Both the position numbers and the translations under genes were made by a program. The notes under the pieces were generated by a model. That model did not search any database, was not told the origin of the DNA, and saw only the letters and a program-made list of their open reading frames with translations. A stretch of DNA of 61,488 nucleotides, counting the filler. It is 5 parts of 5 records of this genome, joined end to end, with 100 filler letters (N's around TTAATTAATTAA, not from the genome) between each part and the next. Parts side by side here need not be neighbours in the genome. Positions count along the whole stretch, not along the records: positions 12,967 to 35,555 come from SRR22947725_3008; 4 more parts are not named here. One strand, given 5' to 3'. This document shows positions 21,601-29,435 of this stretch, piece by piece (the first letter of the stretch is position 1; the number at the start of each line of letters is the position of its first letter).

Positions 21601-23147
21601 TTATAAGCCCTCCACCGCACCATGATATATATTCTATTGAAGACCTCTCACAGCTTATCTTTGATCTTAAGCGCTCAAATCCAGATGCTCGTATAAGTGT
21701 CAAATTGGTTTCAGAGGTTGGGGTGGGAACAGTTGCAGCTGGTGTCACTAAAGCCAAATCTGACCATATCGTTATTGCAGGTCATGATGGTGGAACAGGT
21801 GCTTCTCCGTTAACATCAATCAAGCACGCAGGCCTTCCTTGGGAGCTAGGAGTTGCTGAAACACATCAAACTCTTGTCATGAATGACCTTCGTTCAAGGG
21901 TTGTCATTCAAACTGATGGTCAACTCAAAACTGGAAGAGATGTTGCAATTGCCGCGCTATTAGGTGCAGAAGAGTTTGGCTTTTCAACGGCGCCACTAAT
22001 AACGCTTGGCTGTATTATGATGCGAAAGTGTCACTTAAATACCTGTCCAGTTGGTATTGCGACGCAAGACAAAGTATTACGTAAAAAATTCACTGGCAAG
22101 CCAGAGCATGTTGTTAATTACTTATTCATGGTTGCTGAAGAGTTAAGAACAATTATGGCTGAACTTGGCTTTTCTAAACTAACTGATATGGTTGGAAGAG
22201 TAGATATGCTTGAGATGAATAAAGCTATCAATCATTGGAAGCAAGACTCAATTGATTTGAGTGCAATACTGACTCCAGCTGAAAATCTATATAGAGATGC
22301 CGGAACCTATCAAACTATAAAACAAGATCATCAGCTTGAAGAACAGTTGGATATTGATTTAATTGTCAAATCAAAAGAGGCAATTGAGAAGGATGTTCCA
22401 GTTAAATTTAACTCTGTCATTTCTAACGTTGATAGGGCGGTTGGTGCAATGCTATCTTCACATGTTGTTAAATATAGGAATGGCAACAACCTTAAAGAAG
22501 ATTCAATTCATATCAATTTTAAAGGGTCAGCTGGCCAGTCTTTCGGAGCCTTTCTTGCGAATGGAATTACGCTTACCGTAGAGGGTGATGCTAATGACTA
22601 TGTTGGAAAAGGACTCTCTGGTGGCCGTGTCATCGTTTATCCTCCCAAAGATTCAACATTTTCATCCCAGAACGAAATTATTGCAGGCAATGTGTGCGGC
22701 TATGGCGCCACCGGTGGTGAATTATATCTCTCGGGTCAAGTGGCTGAACGATTCTGTGTTCGAAACTCTGGATTAGTTGCTGTTGTTGAAGGAATTGGTG
22801 ATCATGGATGTGAATATATGACTGGAGGAAGAGCAGTTATTCTAGGAGAGGTTGGTCGAAACTTTGGAGCAGGCATGAGTGGAGGTATTGCTTATGTTTA
22901 TAATCCAAATAAAACACTTGAAGGCAGAGCTAATGCCTCAATGATTGATTTTGATCCTATGGATAAAGCATCTGTTTCAGAGCTGTTTGAACTTACAAAG
23001 AAGCATTACAGATATACAGGCTCAAAAATCGCTGGCCAAATATTAAATAACTGGGATGAAGAGATACTTTGCTTTGTGAAGGTTATGCCGAAAGCCTTAA
23101 AAGAAGTTCTGGCTGCCCAAGACAAACAACACCTAAAGGCAATTTAA
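18630..23147 (+). CDS. gltB: Glutamate synthase large subunit
   Basis: [54 protein letters not shown] 18630. Confidence 0.97.
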   Translation: MKNKQLHLPKARGLYHPANEKENCGVGFIANLKSDSSHKITQDALEMLTRMDHRGACGCEANTGDGAGILTNIPHDFFIEEIKTLFGLDVTPGNYGVGNIFLPQDEKERDLCMSMVEKTIKDEGQTLVGWRDVPVDSKKANVGDTARDSQPNIKQLIIQNTGNLNQESFEGVLYVIRKNISQVIRTDESISQALLFYICSLSTRVIIYKGMLMGSQLLEFYSDLSNKKFSTYLAMVHSRFSTNTFPSWDRAQPCRFMAHNGEINTRQGNYNWMRAREGDLKSDIFGDNLSKTLPVIETEVSDSGSFDNVLEFLLMNGRSLQEAILMMVPEAWQNDKEMSAEKKAFYEYFSNVMEPWDGPASIAFTDGRYIGAVLDRNGLRPSRYYLTHDDRVIMASEVGVVDVETNNVKTKGRLRPGKMFLVDFEKGQLVDDEQIKNSFASKNPYSDWLKNQQIVLSDLKIHGDSKGFYPETLINRLKAFGYSTETLQFMLLPLVSELRDPVGSMGNDSALACLSDQSRIIYDYFKQLFAQVTNPAIDSIREEVVMSLSCAIGPEGNLLSNREENAHRLVIDHPILTNEEMSALKHCDHRGWTSKRIDITYDINNGHNLSDMLDLICDQSTQAIDDGHSLVILSDRKINANRNAVSALLASSAVHRHLVANHKRTQVGIIVETGEAREVHHFCLLTGFGADAVNPYLAFEALWQARRDKLIDLEDDHAVVNSYRKAIAKGMLKVMAKMGISTLASYKGAQIFEAVGLSNEIMHKCFFETASRISGVGFDVVQTESEEQHKKAFVTKSLDNLGHYHWRSGGEKHMWEPQTITSLQQAARGNDQNAYWEFSKKSDEEGTRNCTLRGLMSFKNGNSIDINQVEPAKEIVKRFVTGAMSFGSISAESHESLAIAMNRIGGKSNTGEGGEDSKRWTPDKNGDSRRSAIKQVASGRFGVTIDYLNNADELQIKVSQGAKPGEGGELPGGKVDEGIAKIRCSTAGVGLISPPPHHDIYSIEDLSQLIFDLKRSNPDARISVKLVSEVGVGTVAAGVTKAKSDHIVIAGHDGGTGASPLTSIKHAGLPWELGVAETHQTLVMNDLRSRVVIQTDGQLKTGRDVAIAALLGAEEFGFSTAPLITLGCIMMRKCHLNTCPVGIATQDKVLRKKFTGKPEHVVNYLFMVAEELRTIMAELGFSKLTDMVGRVDMLEMNKAINHWKQDSIDLSAILTPAENLYRDAGTYQTIKQDHQLEEQLDIDLIVKSKEAIEKDVPVKFNSVISNVDRAVGAMLSSHVVKYRNGNNLKEDSIHINFKGSAGQSFGAFLANGITLTVEGDANDYVGKGLSGGRVIVYPPKDSTFSSQNEIIAGNVCGYGATGGELYLSGQVAERFCVRNSGLVAVVEGIGDHGCEYMTGGRAVILGEVGRNFGAGMSGGIAYVYNPNKTLEGRANASMIDFDPMDKASVSELFELTKKHYRYTGSKIAGQILNNWDEEILCFVKVMPKALKEVLAAQDKQHLKAI

Positions 23148-23326
23148 ATAGGTATTGCGTCGATTACATCGGCGCTAGTCCCTAAAATACTATCAACCCC
23201 ATCACCCACAACTGGAATGACTGAAATAACAGCGCCTGTAACTCTCATAGGCACAGTGACTACTTTGGTAAAAACGCAGCCCGATAAAAAAAGAATGGCT
23301 AAACTTAGAATAATTAGCTTGTTCAA
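23144..23326 (-). CDS. Small lipoprotein (DUF6726-like)
   Basis: Lipobox LSGC after hydrophobic signal; TKVVTVPMRVTGAVISVIPVVG. Confidence 0.7.
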   Translation of the reverse strand: MNKLIILSLAILFLSGCVFTKVVTVPMRVTGAVISVIPVVGDGVDSILGTSADVIDAIPI

Positions 23327-23811
23327 GAATTTCTCTCTAATACAATAAAATGATAGGAGTAGTTATTTGCAATATCCTTTGGGTGAGACTCAGCGCTAAC
23401 TTGGTGCCAACTTGAAGCGTCATAAGTTGGGAAATAGATATCGCCCTCAAACTCAGAGTCAATCCTAGTGATGTAAAGACGGTTAACCTTCGGCAGTAAT
23501 TGCTCGCATAAACTTGCTCCTCCAATCACCATAACTTCCTTTTCATTCTCAGTTAATAAAAGTGCATCGTCAATTGAAGAGACAACTTCACATTCAGGAA
23601 TTATTATTTTTGTGTTGCGAGTAATGACAATATTTCGTCGATTGGGTAATGGCCGTCCAATTGAATCGTAGGTCTTCCTTCCCATCAATATAGATTTACC
23701 CGTTGTGATTTTTTTGAAATAGGCTAAGTCGGCAGGCAAGTGCCATGGTAGTTGATTATCCTTACCAATCAGCCCATTGTTATCCATTGCAACTACTATT
23801 GATAAGCCCAT
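23323..23811 (-). CDS. folA: Dihydrofolate reductase
   Basis: LPWHLPADL, MGRKT, RPLPNRRNIV, VIGGA, EGDIYFP. Confidence 0.97.
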   Translation of the reverse strand: MGLSIVVAMDNNGLIGKDNQLPWHLPADLAYFKKITTGKSILMGRKTYDSIGRPLPNRRNIVITRNTKIIIPECEVVSSIDDALLLTENEKEVMVIGGASLCEQLLPKVNRLYITRIDSEFEGDIYFPTYDASSWHQVSAESHPKDIANNYSYHFIVLERNS

Positions 23812-23867
23812 TAATTCAGCCCGATTGAAGTAAAATATTAGATTATTTTACAATTTTTAAACGCGCA

Positions 23868-24458
23868 GTGTCACTCATTCTAGCCTCATCATCTCCATTC
23901 AGAAGAGCTATTCTAGATAAACTAGGTTTGCCTTTCGATGTCATAGCTCCAGAGATTGATGAAATGAGAAAAGACAACGAGTCTCCATTTGATTTAGTTG
24001 TTCGCCTTTCTAAAGAAAAAGCTCTAGAAGTAGCTAAAACTCATTCAGGTCTAATTATTGCCTCAGATCAAGTCGCCACTTTTGATTCTGGCGAAAATGG
24101 AGCAGATGAAATTTTAACTAAGCCTGGTACTCATGAGAATGCTTTCTTACAATTAAAAAAAAGCTCTGGAAGGAATGTAAACTTTCTCACAGGATTAGCG
24201 CTCCTGAATACAGACACCTCAGAAATGCAGCTTCATGTTGAATATTACAAAGTAAATTTTAAGATACTTTCAGATAGTCAAATCTTAAATTATTTATCTA
24301 AAGAGGATGCTCTCAATTGTGCTGGCAGCTTTAAGTCCGAAGGTCTTGGTATAGCATTATTTAACAGTATGGCGGGTGATGACCCTAACAGTCTTACTGG
24401 TTTGCCAACAATTCAATTAATAAATATGCTCGCAAAGGAAAATGTTCACGTCTTATGA
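23868..24458 (+). CDS. Maf family nucleotide pyrophosphatase (YceF-like)
   Basis: LILASSSPFR, IDE, ASDQV, KPG, CAGSFKSEGLG, DPNSLTGLP. Confidence 0.93.
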   Translation: MSLILASSSPFRRAILDKLGLPFDVIAPEIDEMRKDNESPFDLVVRLSKEKALEVAKTHSGLIIASDQVATFDSGENGADEILTKPGTHENAFLQLKKSSGRNVNFLTGLALLNTDTSEMQLHVEYYKVNFKILSDSQILNYLSKEDALNCAGSFKSEGLGIALFNSMAGDDPNSLTGLPTIQLINMLAKENVHVL

Positions 24459-27400
24459 GTATTGTCTATCCGCAAGAATCTGGGTCATTTTCCTCTGACT
24501 TAAAAAAAAATTATTGGGGATCATTATTTGGGTCCTCAGAAGCTCTTGCACTTATAGAGCTTGCAGAATCAAATCATTGTGTTGTTCTCTATATTGCGAG
24601 AGACATTGCACATCATGATGAAATTAAAAAAGCGCTTTTATTTTTTAGAACATCTATAGATATATTAGATTTTGATAGCTGGGAAGTGTTAGCTTTTGAT
24701 CACTTCTCACCTCATCCTGACATTATTTCATCAAGGATTCATACCTTATCCAAATTATTATCTATCGACAGTGCAATTGTTGTTACAACAGTTGAAACGC
24801 TCTCCCAAAGATTGTGCCCAAAGGAATACATTAATCAGTACAGCCTAAATTTAAAGACTCGACAGAGTCTTGAGATTGATTCATTTGTTGAAAGCTTAAT
24901 TAAAATTGGATATAGAAGAGTAACAACTGTAATGGAGCCAGGAGAGTTTTCCATAAAAGGCGCACTGATAGATCTGTACCCTATGGGCGCAGCAAATCCA
25001 TTCAGAATTGACCTTTTTGATAATGAGATTGATTCTATAAGGTCCTTCGATCCATCCACCCAAAGATCTATAGAGGTGATTGAGGAAATTCACCTTTTGC
25101 CAGCTAGAGAATTTGCTTCCGATATTGCCAGCATTAATATATTCAAGGAAAACTATCTGTCTGAGTTTGGAAATACTGATGGCTTTATATATACAGAAGT
25201 CAGTGAAGGAAGATACCCTGGAGGAATTGAGTTCTATTTGCCATTATTCTTTGATGGAACAAATACTTTGTTTGATTACATTCCTAATAACTCAATGATT
25301 GTTTATCAAAAAGGGCTTGATGAGTTACTAGAAAATCAGAGTATTGAATTATTATCAAGGTTTAATTATTGTCAAAGTTCACTGGAAAGACTTCCCCTTC
25401 CAATCAATAAAGTTTTCGTGGATAGTAATGATTTTTTTAGTTCACTCAATGAAAAAAAACTAATACAAATACAGACTACAAAAACACAACAGAAGACAGG
25501 CCTTAATTTTACATCCTCAATACTCCCACCCCTCAAAATTGAAGCCCAAGCAAAAAACCCACTCAACAAATTAATCAAATTTATTGAGGGTTTTGAGGGT
25601 AGGCTCTTAATTGTATGCGAATCGGATGGAAGACAAAGCGTTTTAGTAGATTTGTTATCGTCCCATAAACTGAATCCCACTCAATGCTCAGGTTGGATTG
25701 ATTTTATTAATCACAGCTCAAAACTCTGTATTACAAGTGCCAGTCTCAACGAAGGTGTTGTATTTAAAAAAATAGCTATCATTTCAGAGAATAATTTATT
25801 CGGTAAGGATGCCATTAAGCAACGGCGTAGACGGCGAGCAAAACATAAAGATTTTGATGAAGCGATAAAAAGTTTAGTTGAAATTAAACTTGGAGATCCG
25901 GTTGTACATGAACACTATGGAGTGGGGCGATACCTAGGACTTGAAAGCAGAAGTTTTGATGAAAATCAACAAGACTTTCTCTCTCTAGAGTATGCAAATG
26001 GCTCAAAATTAATGGTTCCAATAACCAGCCTTAATTTGATCTCAAGATATTCTGGTGTGAGCTCTGATCACGCACCTCTTCACAAACTTGGAAGCCAGCA
26101 ATGGATAAAAGCCAAAAGAAAAGCAGCTGAAGCACTCTATGATGTGGCAGCCGAGCTACTAGAAATCTATGCTAAGAGACAATCTCAAAAAGGATTTTCT
26201 TATCCAGCTCCCAATGACTCCTATAGTTCTTTTGTCTCAAGTTTTAAATTTGAAGAAACACCTGATCAACTTAAAACAATGGATGATGTTCTATTAGATA
26301 TGCAGTCTGATAGGCCGATGGATCGATTAGTTTGCGGTGATGTCGGTTTTGGAAAAACTGAAATTGCAATGAGGGCAGCTTTTCTAGCAGTTGAGTCTGG
26401 AAAGCAAGTAGCCATTCTAGTACCCACAACCCTATTAGCTAATCAGCATTTCCAAACTTTTAATGATCGTTTTTCAAAATTTCCTATTGTTATCAAATCT
26501 TTATCTAGATTCCAAGATGCGAAAGAACAAAAACAAATCAAGCTGAATCTAAAGGAAGGAAAAATTGATATTATTATAGGAACTCATAAACTTATTCAGG
26601 GTGATATTAAATATCAAAAATTAGGGCTAATCATTATTGATGAAGAGCATCGATTTGGTGTTAAACAAAAAGAATCATTAAAAAAGATTCGTGGTCAAAG
26701 TGATATATTAACGATGACTGCAACCCCTATACCACGCTCCTTAAATATGGCTCTAGGATCTTTAAAAGAGCTTTCAATCATTGCCTCACCTCCTTCAAAA
26801 AGAATAGCAATTCAGACTTTTGTAGATCAGTGGAATGACAACACAATAGTTGAGGCATGCTCTAGGGAGATTCATAGAGGTGGTCAAATTTTTGTTGTTC
26901 ATAATGATATTGATTCCATAGACAATATGGCGGAGTCATTAAGAGTGCTTATGCCCAATTTAAAGATTCGAATTGCTCATGGTCAAATGCCAAGCAAAGA
27001 ACTTGAACAAATAATGACTGATTTTTATCATCAGCGTTTTCAAGTCCTAGTTTGTACAACAATTATAGAGACTGGAATAGATATCCCAAGTGCAAACACC
27101 ATTATTATAAATAATGCGCAAAATTTTGGTCTTGCTCAGCTTCATCAATTACGAGGAAGAGTTGGGCGTTCGCATCATAAAGCATATGCATATCTAGTCA
27201 TAAAATCTCATCAATCTATTACTGAAAATGCCAAGAAACGTCTTGATGCAATTGCCTCATTAGAGGAGCTTGGCGCTGGCTTTATGTTAGCCAATCATGA
27301 TTTAGAGATAAGGGGTGCAGGAGATTTACTAGGAGAAAATCAAAGTGGGAAAATTTCTGAAATTGGCTTTAATCTTTATCATGATTTATTAAAACGAACA

Positions 27401-27886
27401 ATTCATGCCATTAAAAATAATAAACAGTTAGATATAAAAGAGGCACTCACTGAAGAGGTTGAGATTAATCCTGGTATAGCCTGTATTATTCCAGACACCT
27501 ACCTTCCAGATGTTCATGAACGATTAATCCTCTATAAGAGAATTGCTAGTGCGAATAATGAGGAAGAATTGAAAGATCTTAAGATTGAAATGATAGACCG
27601 TTTTGGTCTTCTCCCAGATCCAACAAGTAACTTGTTCGAATCCTCCTCGCTAAAGAATTTTTCTCAAAATATTGGAATTCTTAAAATCAATATCTATGAT
27701 GATAAGGCAGAAATTACTTTAAATGAAAAGAATAGTATCGACACATCCAAAATTATTAATCTAATCCAAACAAAACCTCAGCAGTTTCAACTAAAGAATC
27801 AAAAGACCTTGGTAGTAAAAGAAGTTATGGAGACTGATCAATTTAGAATTAAAAAAATTAGTGATATTGTTAAGTCACTGGTTTAG
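24455..27886 (+). CDS. mfd: Transcription-repair coupling factor
   Basis: DPVVHEHYGVGRY, DRLVCGDVGFGKTE, DEEHRFG, QLRGRVGRS, DLEIRGAG. Confidence 0.98.
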   Translation: MSIVYPQESGSFSSDLKKNYWGSLFGSSEALALIELAESNHCVVLYIARDIAHHDEIKKALLFFRTSIDILDFDSWEVLAFDHFSPHPDIISSRIHTLSKLLSIDSAIVVTTVETLSQRLCPKEYINQYSLNLKTRQSLEIDSFVESLIKIGYRRVTTVMEPGEFSIKGALIDLYPMGAANPFRIDLFDNEIDSIRSFDPSTQRSIEVIEEIHLLPAREFASDIASINIFKENYLSEFGNTDGFIYTEVSEGRYPGGIEFYLPLFFDGTNTLFDYIPNNSMIVYQKGLDELLENQSIELLSRFNYCQSSLERLPLPINKVFVDSNDFFSSLNEKKLIQIQTTKTQQKTGLNFTSSILPPLKIEAQAKNPLNKLIKFIEGFEGRLLIVCESDGRQSVLVDLLSSHKLNPTQCSGWIDFINHSSKLCITSASLNEGVVFKKIAIISENNLFGKDAIKQRRRRRAKHKDFDEAIKSLVEIKLGDPVVHEHYGVGRYLGLESRSFDENQQDFLSLEYANGSKLMVPITSLNLISRYSGVSSDHAPLHKLGSQQWIKAKRKAAEALYDVAAELLEIYAKRQSQKGFSYPAPNDSYSSFVSSFKFEETPDQLKTMDDVLLDMQSDRPMDRLVCGDVGFGKTEIAMRAAFLAVESGKQVAILVPTTLLANQHFQTFNDRFSKFPIVIKSLSRFQDAKEQKQIKLNLKEGKIDIIIGTHKLIQGDIKYQKLGLIIIDEEHRFGVKQKESLKKIRGQSDILTMTATPIPRSLNMALGSLKELSIIASPPSKRIAIQTFVDQWNDNTIVEACSREIHRGGQIFVVHNDIDSIDNMAESLRVLMPNLKIRIAHGQMPSKELEQIMTDFYHQRFQVLVCTTIIETGIDIPSANTIIINNAQNFGLAQLHQLRGRVGRSHHKAYAYLVIKSHQSITENAKKRLDAIASLEELGAGFMLANHDLEIRGAGDLLGENQSGKISEIGFNLYHDLLKRTIHAIKNNKQLDIKEALTEEVEINPGIACIIPDTYLPDVHERLILYKRIASANNEEELKDLKIEMIDRFGLLPDPTSNLFESSSLKNFSQNIGILKINIYDDKAEITLNEKNSIDTSKIINLIQTKPQQFQLKNQKTLVVKEVMETDQFRIKKISDIVKSLV

Positions 27887-27931
27887 TTAGCTCGGTTTAA
27901 TGAATGGGCTAAAATATTCTAAGTCAAAAAA

Positions 27932-28507
27932 TTATTCTGAAGGAGCTATCTTTGGAAAAAAGTACTTAATTAAAGGAACAACTACAAGAGCTGCAAAAAA
28001 TAAAACTATCAAGCAGCCCAATATATCCCCCATTAAGTAGTTCCTTAAGAAGTCGGTCGCATTAATTATCTCTAAATCTTGGCCATTTGAAACAATATAT
28101 GAAGACACAAAAAATGAAATGAGCGTATTAAATAACGCGGTTAAGATTGCTAAAAAAATAAGGTGGTGAAATACAAGTTTCTCACCATCAAAAAAATTAG
28201 ACAGTTTGAAAAACCTCATAGTCGCAATAGCAAGAGCCGGCCCAATTACTCCAGAAAAACTTTGAACCAGCACTACCTGATCAAAAAAAGGTTGAGAGTG
28301 AAACCAAAATTCAGAAAACTGTGCTGCTAATATAGCAGCAACAACTACCCTAAATCCAAACAATAAAAAACATAATGACATCGCTCCTAAGGGGAGCCAG
28401 ATAAGATTGCCTATTAAGGGGTAGGAGGGCCCATTAATTAGATAACAAAAGACGACTATGAAAAAGGTTATTAATTGAGGATGGAACTCTAGAGCTTCAG
28501 ATTTCAT
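27932..28507 (-). CDS. Integral membrane protein, stand-alone MASE1-like domain
   Basis: About six hydrophobic helices, IWLPLG near N-terminus and LMGDILG near C-terminus as in MASE1; SD AAGGAG. Confidence 0.7.
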   Translation of the reverse strand: MKSEALEFHPQLITFFIVVFCYLINGPSYPLIGNLIWLPLGAMSLCFLLFGFRVVVAAILAAQFSEFWFHSQPFFDQVVLVQSFSGVIGPALAIATMRFFKLSNFFDGEKLVFHHLIFLAILTALFNTLISFFVSSYIVSNGQDLEIINATDFLRNYLMGDILGCLIVLFFAALVVVPLIKYFFPKIAPSE

Positions 28508-28583
28508 ATAGCTCTCCTTTCACTAATTTCCGAGCTCTATCAAGAATAGCAAAGTCACTATCTGGTAAGTATCTTTGAGTCAT
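28497..28583 (-). CDS. Putative 28-aa small protein or leader peptide MTQRYLPDSDFAILDRARKLVKGELYEI
   Basis: ATG 28583 with SD-like AAGGGG upstream; stop TGA overlaps the next gene by 11 nt; too short for the ORF track. Confidence 0.55.
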   Translation of the reverse strand: MTQRYLPDSDFAILDRARKLVKGELYEI

Positions 28584-28589
28584 TTTAAC

Positions 28590-28980
28590 CCCTTATCGTT
28601 CGCTTTAAGTCTGTAAATTAGGATACAAAGTCAGACTCGCTACGCTTTTTTGTAAGTGGTCGTTATCATCCAAAGATGCCCCTCCACTTTTTTAAATTTG
28701 TGATGCCCTACACCACAACCTCAACTGTTATTTTTTTGTTTTATTCAAGGTACTGGCAGTCAATCCACAACCTTTCCTACACTTTTTTATAAAGTGGTCA
28801 TTAGGCAAGCCACTTCAGGTTTTTTAGAAGATACTAACCGATTGCTCTGTTGACCTTCATCTGCGAGTATGTTGAGGAAACCACTCTGTATTGATTTGTT
28901 GCTCGCTGCTTGCAGTATCAGTCGAGTCCTATTGGATTGTATTATAGTGAGGTCTCTATAGGCTTCGCTCACTTAATAGC
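28590..28980 (-). ncRNA. Candidate large structured leader or ncRNA (no family recognised)
   Basis: About eight hand-identified helices with G-U pairs only on the minus strand, A-rich linkers, duplicated module, promoter directly upstream. Confidence 0.5.
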
Positions 28981-29000
28981 ACTACATTAATAATGTTTGT

Positions 29001-29033
29001 ACTATACCAAAAAAAATTACTTTTGCAAAGTAA
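29001..29033 (-). promoter_or_regulatory. Sigma70 promoter with overlapping palindrome
   Basis: TTGCAA-16 nt-TATAGT with extended TG; TTACTTT-GCA-AAAGTAA inverted repeat (29017-29033) covers the -35. Confidence 0.6.
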
Positions 29034-29301
29034 GAATCATCTCTCTCTTATCTTCAGAGGATTGATTTGTACTAATAATATTACTTGATGTTAGAAAGAG
29101 AACTGCTCTTTTGATAGTAGATAAAGAATATTTCGAGAAGTATGGATCATTTTTAATTGAAGTAATCGTAACATCAGCATTAGATGTAATATAAGAGAAC
29201 ACTGCTCTTTCTACTTCCGAGTAACCGCTCAAACCAAACTCTTTTTCACACTCATCAAGGGCCTGTCTAAGTTGGAATAACCTGTTAACCGCTTTTTTCA
29301 T
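29017..29301 (-). CDS. Small MarR-like winged-helix DNA-binding protein
   Basis: 94 aa; SLSTIKRAV recognition-helix pattern and EDKR wing motif; SD GAGG. Confidence 0.7.
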   Translation of the reverse strand: MKKAVNRLFQLRQALDECEKEFGLSGYSEVERAVFSYITSNADVTITSIKNDPYFSKYSLSTIKRAVLFLTSSNIISTNQSSEDKREMILTLQK

Positions 29302-29435
29302 TTTCTACCTCAGGAAATATATAAAGAAATTATAAATTACGTCACTTAATTAATTTAGGGCCAGTATACAATAATTTTGTGTACCAGGAAAATCAATAAA
29401 TTTCAATGAGTGCTTACTTTTAATATACCAAGCAA

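Noticed and set aside
28640-28816. SAM-II, SAM-V or preQ1 riboswitch call
   Set aside because: Layout is similar but conserved bases (for example SAM-II GAUUU and GCUAAA) are missing and the downstream genes do not fit
28787-28972. 61-aa ORF inside the candidate RNA
   Set aside because: GTG start without SD, no recognisable motifs, overlaps the predicted helices
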